Assembly (NCBI GenBank): GCA_003354045.1
Contig: PIVZ01000001.1
Coordinates: 1-43,644 of the forward strand
Origin: a bacterium
GTDB taxonomy: Bacteria; Desulfobacterota; Binatia; UBA1149; CAITLU01
Length of the DNA stretch: 43,644 nucleotides
Direction: 5' to 3'
Shown here: positions 8,472 through 16,760 of the stretch, in pieces
Layout: the number at the start of each line of letters is the position of its first letter
How positions within the stretch are numbered: the stretch's first letter is position 1
Program-made: the position numbers and the translations under genes
The notes under the pieces: generated by a model
The model's input: the letters and a program-made list of their open reading frames with translations, nothing else
Databases searched by the model: none
Told to the model about the DNA's origin: nothing

Positions 8472-8996
8472 TTGGGCGCGAAGCCGAAAGACATCCGCCG
8501 GCGGCTGAACCGGATGGCGGAGCTGATGGAGAAGCACGGCTGGACCGACCACAGCCTAGGTGAGGTGGTAGGGACGGCCTACCAGCTCGTCAACCGTCAC
8601 AAGCTCGGCCGGAGCATTCCGAACCTAGACCTGGCGTACAAGTACGCGAAGGCTCTGGGGACGACGATCGAGGAGATCTGGTTTCCGAAGGGCGAGGCCG
8701 AGTGGCACCGCGGCAACCCCCGCCCGACTCCGAAGCAGCCGCACCCGAACGACTGGCGCCGTCAATTCGCTCGAGACGAGCACAGGCTCCTCGCGGCGAT
8801 TACGTCCACCACTGGAAAGTACCGCGTGTCAGTGGCGATCCAGTCTCTTGAACTCACGAACAAGCGAGCACTCTCTATCCTCGGGGCCTGGTGCGATCGC
8901 GGCTGGTACGACCCCGGTGACAACACGTCCTTTGGCGGGGATCTGACGGCGGAAGGCGAACGAGAAGCCGAGCGCCTACTGGAGAGGGCTGCGTGA
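8472..8996 (+). CDS. XRE-type helix-turn-helix DNA-binding protein
   Basis: GWTDHSLGEVVGTAYQLVNRHKLGRSIPNLDLAYKYAKALGTTIEEIWF is a classic HTH_3-like segment. TTG start. Confidence 0.65.
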   Translation: MGAKPKDIRRRLNRMAELMEKHGWTDHSLGEVVGTAYQLVNRHKLGRSIPNLDLAYKYAKALGTTIEEIWFPKGEAEWHRGNPRPTPKQPHPNDWRRQFARDEHRLLAAITSTTGKYRVSVAIQSLELTNKRALSILGAWCDRGWYDPGDNTSFGGDLTAEGEREAERLLERAA

Positions 8997-9685
8997 CCCC
9001 GTACTACCAAGACGACTACGTCACGATCTACCACGGCGACTGCCTGGAGTGGCTGGAGTCGTGGCAGCTTGGCATAGGTCTCGTGCTCACGGATCCGCCG
9101 TACGGCATCAACTACGACAGCCGGCACAACTCTTCGTGGCATCAGCGCGGATCCAAGTGGATGCGTAAGGATAGATGGCGCCGGCCGGTGAACTTTCCGG
9201 GGATCATCGGTGACGACAAGCCCTTTGATCCGTCGCCCTGGCTTCCGTTCGGTCGGTGTGGGTTCTTCGGAGGTAACTACTGTGCCGACAATCTGCCCCC
9301 ATCTCGCTGCTGGGTGGTCTGGGACAAGAATTGCGACAAGACGCCATCGAAGCAGGCCGACTGCGAGATGGTGTGGACGAACTTCGGGAAGCCGGCGCGT
9401 GTCTACCGCCACCTCTGGCGCGGCATTATCCGAGAGGGAGAAGAGAACATCTCGCGTGAGCCGAAGCAGCACCCTCACCAGAAGCCTCTCGCGCTGCTCC
9501 GCTTCCTGATCGAATACAGTGAGACGACGGGCTTGGTTCTGGATCCGTTCGCGGGGAGCGGCAGCACACTCATCGCGGCCAAGCAGCTCAACCGTCCATC
9601 GATCGGTATCGAGATCGACGAGCGCTACTGCGAGATCGCGGCCTCGAGGCTCACCCAGGAAGCACTCCCGCTACAGGCGTCATGA
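8993..9685 (+). CDS. DNA methyltransferase (beta-class N6-adenine or N4-cytosine)
   Basis: Motif IV LVLTDPPYG lies N-terminal and motif I VLDPFAGSGSTLIAA lies C-terminal, with HPHQKPLALL between them. No cognate restriction gene was seen. Confidence 0.85.
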   Translation: MTPYYQDDYVTIYHGDCLEWLESWQLGIGLVLTDPPYGINYDSRHNSSWHQRGSKWMRKDRWRRPVNFPGIIGDDKPFDPSPWLPFGRCGFFGGNYCADNLPPSRCWVVWDKNCDKTPSKQADCEMVWTNFGKPARVYRHLWRGIIREGEENISREPKQHPHQKPLALLRFLIEYSETTGLVLDPFAGSGSTLIAAKQLNRPSIGIEIDERYCEIAASRLTQEALPLQAS

Positions 9686-10044
9686 ACAAGCCCGACTCCA
9701 CAGGAGCTCGCAAGAAACGAAAGCGAGCAGCTCGTAGAGAGCGTACGGAACCTGAGTATCTCGCGTGGTTGGCGACCTGGCCCTGCTTGGTCTGCAACTA
9801 CGGGGCTGTCGAGCTCCACCACGAGCCGGCGAAGATGATGGGGAGCGGCAGCGACTGGCATGACCGGAAGACGGTCCCGCTTTGCGCCCGCCATCACCGG
9901 GGGACGATGGTCCGCAACATCGAAAGTTCAATGGGTCGCCACGCGACGAGCCGTGCGCGGTTTGAGGAGATCTATCAGGTGGACCTAACCACGGCGATGA
10001 ACGTCTACAGCCAGGCATACGAGCGGGAGCGGCGCGCGGCATGA
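9682..10044 (+). CDS. HNH-like / DUF968-type protein
   Basis: YLAWLATWPCLVC...VELHHEP...KTVPLCARHHRG has the Cys/His pattern typical of phage DUF968/HNH-like proteins. Confidence 0.55.
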   Translation: MNKPDSTGARKKRKRAARRERTEPEYLAWLATWPCLVCNYGAVELHHEPAKMMGSGSDWHDRKTVPLCARHHRGTMVRNIESSMGRHATSRARFEEIYQVDLTTAMNVYSQAYERERRAA

Positions 10045-10499
10045 CTATCTACGCAAAGGGCACCAGTGTCTCGGTCGAGAAATCGAAGGCAGAGATCGAG
10101 CGGACGCTACAGCGCTACGGCGCGACCGAATTCGTGTACGGGACGACACCTGACCGTGCCTTGGTGGCCTTCAACATCGCTGATCGGCGGGTGAAGTTTA
10201 TTCTTCCACTACCGCGGCGGGACAGCCGCGAGTTCACCCACACTCCCGACCGTGGCCTAGAGAGACCGCCAGCGGGCGTTCTGAAGGAATGGGAGCAGGC
10301 GTGTCGGGAGAAATGGCGTTCCCTCGCGCTACTGATCAAGGCGAAGCTCGAGGCCGTGGAGTCCGGCATCACTGTGTTCGACGAGGAGTTCATGGCGCAG
10401 ATCGTCCTACCGAACGGGAAGACAGTCGGCGAGTTCATGGTCCCTCAGATCACGGAGTCATACAACAGCGGCTCGATGCCGCCGTTGCTGGAAATGTAG
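10041..10499 (+). CDS. Conserved-looking hypothetical phage protein
   Basis: 152-aa ORF coupled by ATGA. No recognisable catalytic motif. Confidence 0.6.
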   Translation: MTIYAKGTSVSVEKSKAEIERTLQRYGATEFVYGTTPDRALVAFNIADRRVKFILPLPRRDSREFTHTPDRGLERPPAGVLKEWEQACREKWRSLALLIKAKLEAVESGITVFDEEFMAQIVLPNGKTVGEFMVPQITESYNSGSMPPLLEM

Positions 10500-10525
10500 G
10501 CATACGAGAGAGAGAGGAGAGCAGC

Positions 10526-10990
10526 ATGAAGGTCTATGTCGCGTCGTCTTGGCGCAATCCGTATCAGCAAGAGGTTGTAGAGTGGCTCCGAGCGGCTGCC
10601 TTCGAGGTCTACGACTTTCGGAAGCCTGCGGATTGGGACGGGAGTAACCCGGCCAAACCTGGTGACCGTGGCTACGGTTTCCACTGGAGTGACATCGATC
10701 CCGACTGGCTGGGATGGTCCACGGAGCGGTTTGCTGAATCTCTCGACCACCCTATTGCGGTGGGTGGCTTCGAGAGCGATATGCGCGGGCTCAGGGAGTG
10801 TGACGCCGTTGTGCTCGTGTTGCCCTGTGGTCGGAGCGCGCATTTAGAAGCCGGCTGGGCCGCGGGGGCCCACAAGCCTGTCGTCGTCTTTTCACCAGAG
10901 CGGCTTGAACCCGAGCTCATGTACCGCATGTGCTGGGGCGGCATAGCCGGAACCCTGCCGGCTGTTGTAGGCGCGTTGGAGGCAGCCTGA
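10526..10990 (+). CDS. Nucleoside 2-deoxyribosyltransferase-like (NDT/SLOG-fold) protein
   Basis: ATG 10526 after a GAGGAG RBS. MKVYVASSWRN and VVLVLPCGRSAHLEAGWAAGAHKPVVVF resemble the NDT-like fold. The upstream part of track ORF 10289-10990 is discounted. Confidence 0.5.
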   Translation: MKVYVASSWRNPYQQEVVEWLRAAAFEVYDFRKPADWDGSNPAKPGDRGYGFHWSDIDPDWLGWSTERFAESLDHPIAVGGFESDMRGLRECDAVVLVLPCGRSAHLEAGWAAGAHKPVVVFSPERLEPELMYRMCWGGIAGTLPAVVGALEAA

Positions 10991-11331
10991 TGTGCGACAT
11001 CGACGAAGGCCCGGAGTTTCAGCGAGACACCTGGCGCCGCGCTCGCAAACAGCACAACTGCTGCGCCTGTAAGCACGTCGTTCAGTCGGGCGAGCATTAC
11101 ATGAACTGTTTTGGCAAGTGGGATGGAGAAGTAGACACCTACCGCTACTGCGCTCGCTGCTGGGCGTTCGTCCAGGCCGTTCTAAAGAATGGCGATGGGT
11201 ATATCCACGGCCTTGCCTGTGGCGTCGATTGGGGCGAGGCGTTCAACGAAGACCCACCCGAGGCCGTGGCTGCGTTGGCATTCATGACGCCTACAGAGAT
11301 CCGCGAGCTCGGGGAATTGAGGGCAGCCTAA
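10990..11331 (+). CDS. Cys-rich hypothetical protein (putative zinc-binding)
   Basis: MCDIDEG...HNCCACKH...YRYCARCW. The start overlaps the previous stop. Confidence 0.55.
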   Translation: MCDIDEGPEFQRDTWRRARKQHNCCACKHVVQSGEHYMNCFGKWDGEVDTYRYCARCWAFVQAVLKNGDGYIHGLACGVDWGEAFNEDPPEAVAALAFMTPTEIRELGELRAA

Positions 11332-12359
11332 TGGGAGACACGTCAGGCCAGTGGTGGGACAAGATGTGGAGCCCGGCGACCGGCTGCACTGCGGTCTCTG
11401 CGGGCTGCGCGAACTGCTGGGCGAAGATGATGGCAGGGCGGTTCTGGGCGAAACAATACCCCGATGTCCTGAGAATAACCGGCAAAGATGTATCCAGGCT
11501 ACCCGTCACGGTTGCTGAATGCTGCGAAGCCGATGGGCTAACTCGGCCGAGAGCGTTTTCTGATGTGCGCTGCCATCCCAAGCGCCTCGACCACCCTCTC
11601 CACTGGCGCAAGCCCCGCAAGGTGTTCGTATGCTCCATGGGGGATCTTTTTCACGAGGACGTGCCGACTCAGTTCGTTGACGGTGTCTTTGCCGTGATGT
11701 CGCTCCTTCCGCAGCACACGTTTCAAGTGTTGACCAAGCGCCCCGAGAGGATGCGCGCATACCTTAGTGAGAACACGGTGCTATTCGAGATCGACTCTGT
11801 TGCTGCCAGTACATTGGCGAAGCACACGGATCAGAACCACGTTACGCTGCCTCGGAGCGGCGCGTGGCCTCTCCCCAACGTCTGGCTCGGAGTCTCCATA
11901 GAGGACCAGGCCACGGCAGACGAGCGGATACCGCTACTGCTAGAAACGCCGGCCGCCGTGCGCTTCATCTCGTATGAACCCGCCCTGGCCCCCGTGCGGT
12001 TGCGGACGGGCATCTACCAGCAGGAGAGCGGTTTCCGCGGCACTTCACTGGATGGCATCGACTGGGTCATCTGCGGCGGCGAGAGCGGCCCCGGCGCGCG
12101 TCCCATGCATCCAGACTGGGCTCGTTCTGTCAGGGACCAGTGCCAAGAGGCGGGGGTGCCGTTCTTCTTCAAGCAGTGGGGGGAGTGGCAACCGGCAGCC
12201 GACATAGACGTGACCGATCCGATAATGGGCATCTCGACGGACTCCCCCCGGTATCACGCCCTGCCCAACGGCGGTGGAATGGCCCGCGTCGGCAAGAAGG
12301 CAGCCGGCCGCTTACTCGACGGCCGCACATGGGACGAGTGCCCGGAGGTGGCCGCGTGA
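11331..12359 (+). CDS. Phage Gp37/Gp68 family protein (DUF5131, three-Cys motif)
   Basis: N-terminus MGDTSGQWWDKMWSPATGCTAVSAGCANCWA carries the family's Cx5CxxC three-Cys motif. Later IDWVICGGESGPGARPMHPDW. Confidence 0.75.
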   Translation: MGDTSGQWWDKMWSPATGCTAVSAGCANCWAKMMAGRFWAKQYPDVLRITGKDVSRLPVTVAECCEADGLTRPRAFSDVRCHPKRLDHPLHWRKPRKVFVCSMGDLFHEDVPTQFVDGVFAVMSLLPQHTFQVLTKRPERMRAYLSENTVLFEIDSVAASTLAKHTDQNHVTLPRSGAWPLPNVWLGVSIEDQATADERIPLLLETPAAVRFISYEPALAPVRLRTGIYQQESGFRGTSLDGIDWVICGGESGPGARPMHPDWARSVRDQCQEAGVPFFFKQWGEWQPAADIDVTDPIMGISTDSPRYHALPNGGGMARVGKKAAGRLLDGRTWDECPEVAA

Positions 12360-13114
12360 AAGAACACCCTCTTCTATTCTCAGGCCCGATGGTGCGCGCG
12401 ACCCTGGAGAACCTGAAGACCCAGACGCGGCGGGTAGTCACGCGCATGACCTCCCTGGTGGATGGCAAGCGGGTAAGCGCCGCGCACTGGGAGCACCTCG
12501 CATTGTCGGAGGCGTACCCCCACGTCGGCGACCGTGCTCCCGGCCTGGTCGTTCCGTGTGACGCGCCTGCGTGCCGCCACCTACCATTGCATCACGTCCA
12601 TCCGATATGGGCGGTAGGCGACCGCTTGTGGCTGCGGGAGAACTGGGCCGTGCACTTCATGTACGACGACGTGAAGCCGCGCGACATATACCGCGGCAAC
12701 GATGGCGGCGACTGCACCTTCTATCGAGCAGATGGTCACGTTGACGGGGGGTGCATTGAGAGCCAGCGAGGCCGCTGGCGTCCATCCATCCACATGCCTC
12801 GCTGGGCCTGTCGCATCCTACGGGACATCGCCGAGGTACGAGTGGAGCGGGTGCAGGAGATCAGCCCAGAGGACGCGATTGCCGAGGGCCTGGCCTGCCT
12901 CTCGAAGGACCAGGGCCGAATGTACAAGTACGGGGTTCCTGACCGCGACGGCCTTCCCGGAAGCGATGACTCGGGTTGGCCTTGGCATGAGTGGCGGCAG
13001 AGCCCCGTGGACGCGTACGCATTCCTTTGGGATCAGATCAACGCCGAGCGCGGCTACCCGTGGGCAAAGAACGATTGGGTATGGCCGATCGGATTCAAGA
13101 GGATAGAGACATGA
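12356..13114 (+). CDS. ASCH/PUA-like domain protein, hypothetical
   Basis: GTG 12356 (GTGA overlap). N-terminus PLLFSGPMVRATLENLKTQTRRV is the common phage ASCH-like opening. Confidence 0.5.
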   Translation: MKEHPLLFSGPMVRATLENLKTQTRRVVTRMTSLVDGKRVSAAHWEHLALSEAYPHVGDRAPGLVVPCDAPACRHLPLHHVHPIWAVGDRLWLRENWAVHFMYDDVKPRDIYRGNDGGDCTFYRADGHVDGGCIESQRGRWRPSIHMPRWACRILRDIAEVRVERVQEISPEDAIAEGLACLSKDQGRMYKYGVPDRDGLPGSDDSGWPWHEWRQSPVDAYAFLWDQINAERGYPWAKNDWVWPIGFKRIET

Positions 13115-13548
13115 GCGATCAAGTGCGAGAAGTAGCGCGGCGCGCGGCGGAGACTATCGCGGACGCTCTCGGGGTCTACAAAACAATCGGTGACGCTGAG
13201 CATGATCCGAAGTGTGACTGTCGCATCTGCTTTGTCATGACGGTGGCGCCTATCATCGACGCTGCCGCCTATGACGCGGAGAAGCCGTGGCAGCGATGGG
13301 TGAACGACCTGCAGGCTGGGATGTACATCAACTGTGTTTACTGTGGCCATCGTTACGGACCGGATGACGAGGTGCCAGCGACGATGGCGGACGCGCTGAA
13401 AGAGCACGTCGAGCGGTGCCCAGAGCATCCAATGAGCGCACTGAAGGCGGAGAACGTACGGTTGCGCAAAGAGCTGGAAGCGGGTCGGGTCGGCGGAGAG
13501 GCGCTGGACAAGGACCATGCCAATGACGCAGCGGGTCCTCCGGCGTAA
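13111..13548 (+). CDS. Cys-rich hypothetical protein
   Basis: 145-aa ORF, ATGA-coupled. CDCRIC and CVYCGH motifs. Confidence 0.55.
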   Translation: MSDQVREVARRAAETIADALGVYKTIGDAEHDPKCDCRICFVMTVAPIIDAAAYDAEKPWQRWVNDLQAGMYINCVYCGHRYGPDDEVPATMADALKEHVERCPEHPMSALKAENVRLRKELEAGRVGGEALDKDHANDAAGPPA

Positions 13549-13621
13549 CTCATACCTGCGGGTAGGAAGGGGGCCGAGCTTTCCGGCGTTTTTCGTCACG
13601 AAATGATAGAAGTCGGCCTAG

Positions 13622-14197
13622 ATGAGTACCAAGAAGGCCAAAAAGGGGAAGTCAAAGGCCAAGAAACCCCTTAAAAAGAAGGCTAAGAAGGCTCCAGCGA
13701 AGAAGAAGGTGTCCCCTTCCCGTAGAAGTCGGGGGACTTCTACGACTTCTACGGCTACCCCGAAGAAGGCGTCTAGCCGGATCGGACGGCCACCAGGGAT
13801 TGCGGAGAAGAGGCCGCGCAAGCCGAGGCGTTCAGCGGCCGCGAAGCAGGCCGAGAAGGAGGTCCGGGAGCGAGCGGCGGAAGCTGCGGGAGACGGTGAG
13901 CAGGGCGATCTCCCCCTGAGTGACCATGCCCGGAAGGTCAAGGCGGATGCGGATCTCACAGAGCACAAGGCTGAGCGGGCTCGACTGGAGCGCGAGGAGC
14001 TCCTCGGCCGGCTGATCTCAAAAGAAGACGTGGACGAGATGCTGAAGGCCCGAGTGCTGGTGCTCAAGCGGGCGCTGCTCAAATTGCCGGAACGGCTGGC
14101 CCCTCAGCTTGCCGGGATGGATGTGCGCGAAGCGTTCGTGCTGCTCGATGATACGTTCAAGACCCTGATCCGAGAGTTTGCTGGACAGAAGGCATGA
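13622..14197 (+). CDS. Terminase small subunit (putative)
   Basis: Lies immediately upstream of TerL. Lys-rich N-terminus and a helical C-terminal half (ERARLEREELLGRLISKEDV). Confidence 0.6.
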   Translation: MSTKKAKKGKSKAKKPLKKKAKKAPAKKKVSPSRRSRGTSTTSTATPKKASSRIGRPPGIAEKRPRKPRRSAAAKQAEKEVRERAAEAAGDGEQGDLPLSDHARKVKADADLTEHKAERARLEREELLGRLISKEDVDEMLKARVLVLKRALLKLPERLAPQLAGMDVREAFVLLDDTFKTLIREFAGQKA

Positions 14198-14227
14198 TGG
14201 TGAGAGGAGAGAAGGTGATGGCGGGGA

Positions 14228-16201
14228 GTGCCGAGGGCGACAAGTCTAGCTGAGGTCTGGACTAACGAAGAGAAAGACGTCTGGCGGCTGCCGGACGACC
14301 TGACTCCCAGCGAGTGGGCGGACGACTACCGTCGTCTCGAGCCCAAGTTTTCGAACGAGGCCGGCCAGTGGCGCACGGCCCGTACACCCTACCTGCGCGA
14401 GATCATGGACTCGCTCGCGGAGCCTCTGGTCGAGCGCATTACCGTTCAGAAGGCCACCCAGATCGGCGGCACCGAGCTCCTGCTCAATGTCGTCGGCTTC
14501 ATCATCGACCAGGCGCCGGGGCCGCTGCTCTACGTCATGCCGACCGAGGATGACGCCACGGGGATCGCCGGCGAGCGTTTGAGGGCGCTGATCAACGAGA
14601 CCCCACAGGTCACGCGCCACACCACGAGCAGGCTCAACGATTTGCGTGGCCGGTTTTTGATGCTGGACCAGATGGTGATGCGTCTTGCCTGGCCGACGGC
14701 TTCCAAACTGGCATCTCTTCCTTGTCGCTATGTGGTGATCGACGAGGTGGACAAGATCGACAAGTTCACCGGGAAGGAGGCCAACCCGATCACGCTGGCG
14801 TGGGACCGCACCGATACCTTCAAGACCAGTCGCAAGCTCCTCGTCATAAGCACACCGACCACGGAGGACGGGCACGTCCACTCGGAGTTCGAGGCCTCCG
14901 ACAAGCGTCACTACTGGGTGCCGTGCCCGCACTGCCACCGCTACCAGCCGCTCGTCTGGGGAGGAAAGGGGAAGGGCCCGGGGGTGAAGTGGCCGGAGGA
15001 GGAGCGCAACTCACACGTCATCCGTATTCAGAAACTGGCCTGGTACGAGTGCCGACACTGCGCTGAGAAGATCTTCGAGGGGCACAAGCCCAAGATGCTC
15101 GAGCGGGGCGTGTGGTGCCCGGCGGGCTCTGATGAGAATCCTTGCAGGGTCGGACCAGACGGCAAGGTGAAAGGAACGCCCCCGGTGACGACCCACCGCG
15201 GTTACCACATCTCTTCCCTCTATTCTCCGTGGCTCGACTGGAGCGAGCTCGTGGCCGAGTGGCTCGAGGTCAGGAAGGATATTTCCAAGCTGCAGAACTT
15301 CGCCAACTCCAGGCTGGCCGAGGTGTGGCGGGAGGTGCAGCAGGAGACCAAGAGCGATCAGATCGGGACTCTCGAGCTGCCGTATGAGGAGGGCACAGTG
15401 CCCGCAGATGCTGTCTTCCTGACGGCGGCGATCGACGTGCAGAAGGATCACGTCTGGTACTCAGTGCGGGCCTGGGGACTCGGCGGGACCAATTGGCTGG
15501 TGGATCGGGGGAAGGTGGAGCGGCTGCTCGTCCCCCCGCCGGACGGCAGCGATTTCGACCCTTGGCAGCGTGTCATAGACGAGATTCTGAACGCCGAGTA
15601 TCCGCGCGAGGACACGGGGGAGATGATGCGGCCGCGGGGTATCTCGATCGACTCGGGCGCGTTCACGGTGGACGTCTACGATTTCTGCCGGCGCTTTCCC
15701 GAGATCTTGCGCCCCATCAAGGGGTCCAACAAGGCACTGTCGTCTGGCTTCTTCCGGGCCAGCCGGCAGGACAAGGACCAGCAGGGCCGTGGTATTGCCG
15801 GCGGCCTGATCCTCTGGTGGCTCGACGTAGACCACTACAAGCTCAAAGTGCAGGCCGCGATGACGGCCGCCCCGGGGATGCGCGGCCGTTTCTACGTCTT
15901 CGAGGGTGTAGACGAGGAGTACAAGCTGCAGGTTACCGCCGAGGAGCGGGTCATAATTCGCAACCGGAAGACCGGCGCTCAGCGCTACGAGTGGAGGACG
16001 AAGAAAGGGCGGCAGGCCAATCACTACTGGGATTGCGAGGTCTACAACTACGCGACCGCCGACATGCTCGGGGTGAGCCATCTTACCCAGGAGCACCTCG
16101 AGGTGGCCCGTCGGGGTCCGCGGCCGCCGGAGCCGCCCGATGAGAGCGGCCGGAAGAGCGGGTGGTTCGAGGACCGAGGCGGCAGGTGGATGGGCCGATG
16201 A
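14228..16201 (+). CDS. Terminase large subunit, lambda GpA family
   Basis: 657 aa. WADDYRRLEPKFSNEAGQWRTARTPYLREIMDSL and VVIDEVDK (Walker B) are typical of GpA-type terminases. Confidence 0.9.
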   Translation: MPRATSLAEVWTNEEKDVWRLPDDLTPSEWADDYRRLEPKFSNEAGQWRTARTPYLREIMDSLAEPLVERITVQKATQIGGTELLLNVVGFIIDQAPGPLLYVMPTEDDATGIAGERLRALINETPQVTRHTTSRLNDLRGRFLMLDQMVMRLAWPTASKLASLPCRYVVIDEVDKIDKFTGKEANPITLAWDRTDTFKTSRKLLVISTPTTEDGHVHSEFEASDKRHYWVPCPHCHRYQPLVWGGKGKGPGVKWPEEERNSHVIRIQKLAWYECRHCAEKIFEGHKPKMLERGVWCPAGSDENPCRVGPDGKVKGTPPVTTHRGYHISSLYSPWLDWSELVAEWLEVRKDISKLQNFANSRLAEVWREVQQETKSDQIGTLELPYEEGTVPADAVFLTAAIDVQKDHVWYSVRAWGLGGTNWLVDRGKVERLLVPPPDGSDFDPWQRVIDEILNAEYPREDTGEMMRPRGISIDSGAFTVDVYDFCRRFPEILRPIKGSNKALSSGFFRASRQDKDQQGRGIAGGLILWWLDVDHYKLKVQAAMTAAPGMRGRFYVFEGVDEEYKLQVTAEERVIIRNRKTGAQRYEWRTKKGRQANHYWDCEVYNYATADMLGVSHLTQEHLEVARRGPRPPEPPDESGRKSGWFEDRGGRWMGR

Positions 16202-16482
16202 CGGCGTGGATGGACGAGCGCCGGGAGGGATGGTTCGGCCAGCGGCCCCTGCGTAAGGAAGAGGCGCCCAAAACTGGAAAGCATCCGGGCTACTGGGGGA
16301 AGAAAAGCCCCGTCGCCTTCCAGACAGTTTGTTGCCCGGAGTGCCAGCAGGGCGACAAGGTCAAGACCACGAAGACGCTCCCGCCGGCCGATGGGTGGCG
16401 CATTCGGTATCACAGGTGTACCCGTTGCCGGATAAACTTCCCCTCGCGAGAGCAGATTGTGAAGAAAATTCCTACAGCGTAG
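16198..16482 (+). CDS. Zinc-ribbon protein (94 aa), function unknown
   Basis: ATG 16198 overlaps the TerL stop (ATGA). CPECQ...x26...CTRC forms a four-Cys ribbon. The 3' end overlaps copy 1 of the 41-bp repeat. Confidence 0.55.
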   Translation: MTAWMDERREGWFGQRPLRKEEAPKTGKHPGYWGKKSPVAFQTVCCPECQQGDKVKTTKTLPPADGWRIRYHRCTRCRINFPSREQIVKKIPTA

Positions 16483-16502
16483 GAAAGCGCCTCTTCCCCG
16501 TC
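16462..16502 (+). repeat. 41-bp element, copy 1 (identical to 36605-36645), containing hairpin TTCCTAC-AGC-GTAGGAA
   Basis: AAGAAAATTCCTACAGCGTAGGAAAGCGCCTCTTCCCCGTC matches the second copy exactly. Confidence 0.9.
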
Positions 16503-16529
16503 GCCCGTGTTCAGCCATCCTGAACGTGG

Positions 16530-16760
16530 ATGGCTACCACTCTAGCTACATACCAGTCTCGTCTGGAGGCGGCTGAGACGGTCTATGACACGCAGATGGC
16601 CGGCAGCGGCGGTGCCGTGGAGTACCGCGAGGCCGACGGCCGCTTCATCCGCAAGAGCCCGGAGGAACTCCGTCGGTACATCGAGTACCTGCGAGAGATG
16701 GTGGGCGCGATGACGTCTGGGTCCGGCCAAACGCTGGCGCACTTCCGGAGGGCCTTATAG
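16530..16760 (+). CDS. Head-tail joining protein gpW-like
   Basis: 76 aa, directly upstream of a lambda-family portal. YREADGRFIRKSPEELRRYIEYLREMV parallels lambda W. Confidence 0.75.
   Translation: MATTLATYQSRLEAAETVYDTQMAGSGGAVEYREADGRFIRKSPEELRRYIEYLREMVGAMTSGSGQTLAHFRRAL

Noticed and set aside
13553-13575. Possible degenerate third copy of the 41-bp hairpin element upstream of the small terminase gene (CATACCTGCGGGTAGGAAGGGGGCC)
   Set aside because: It shares only GTAGGAA plus a loosely similar stem, and the match is too short to separate from chance. It is mentioned only as something to check once a motif model exists.
13572-13593. Intrinsic terminator between the early block and the terminase genes (GCCG-agctttc-CGGC followed by GTTTTT)
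   Set aside because: The stem is only 4 bp. The T run is also part of another small hairpin (TTTCG-tca-CGAAA). This is not convincing enough to annotate.
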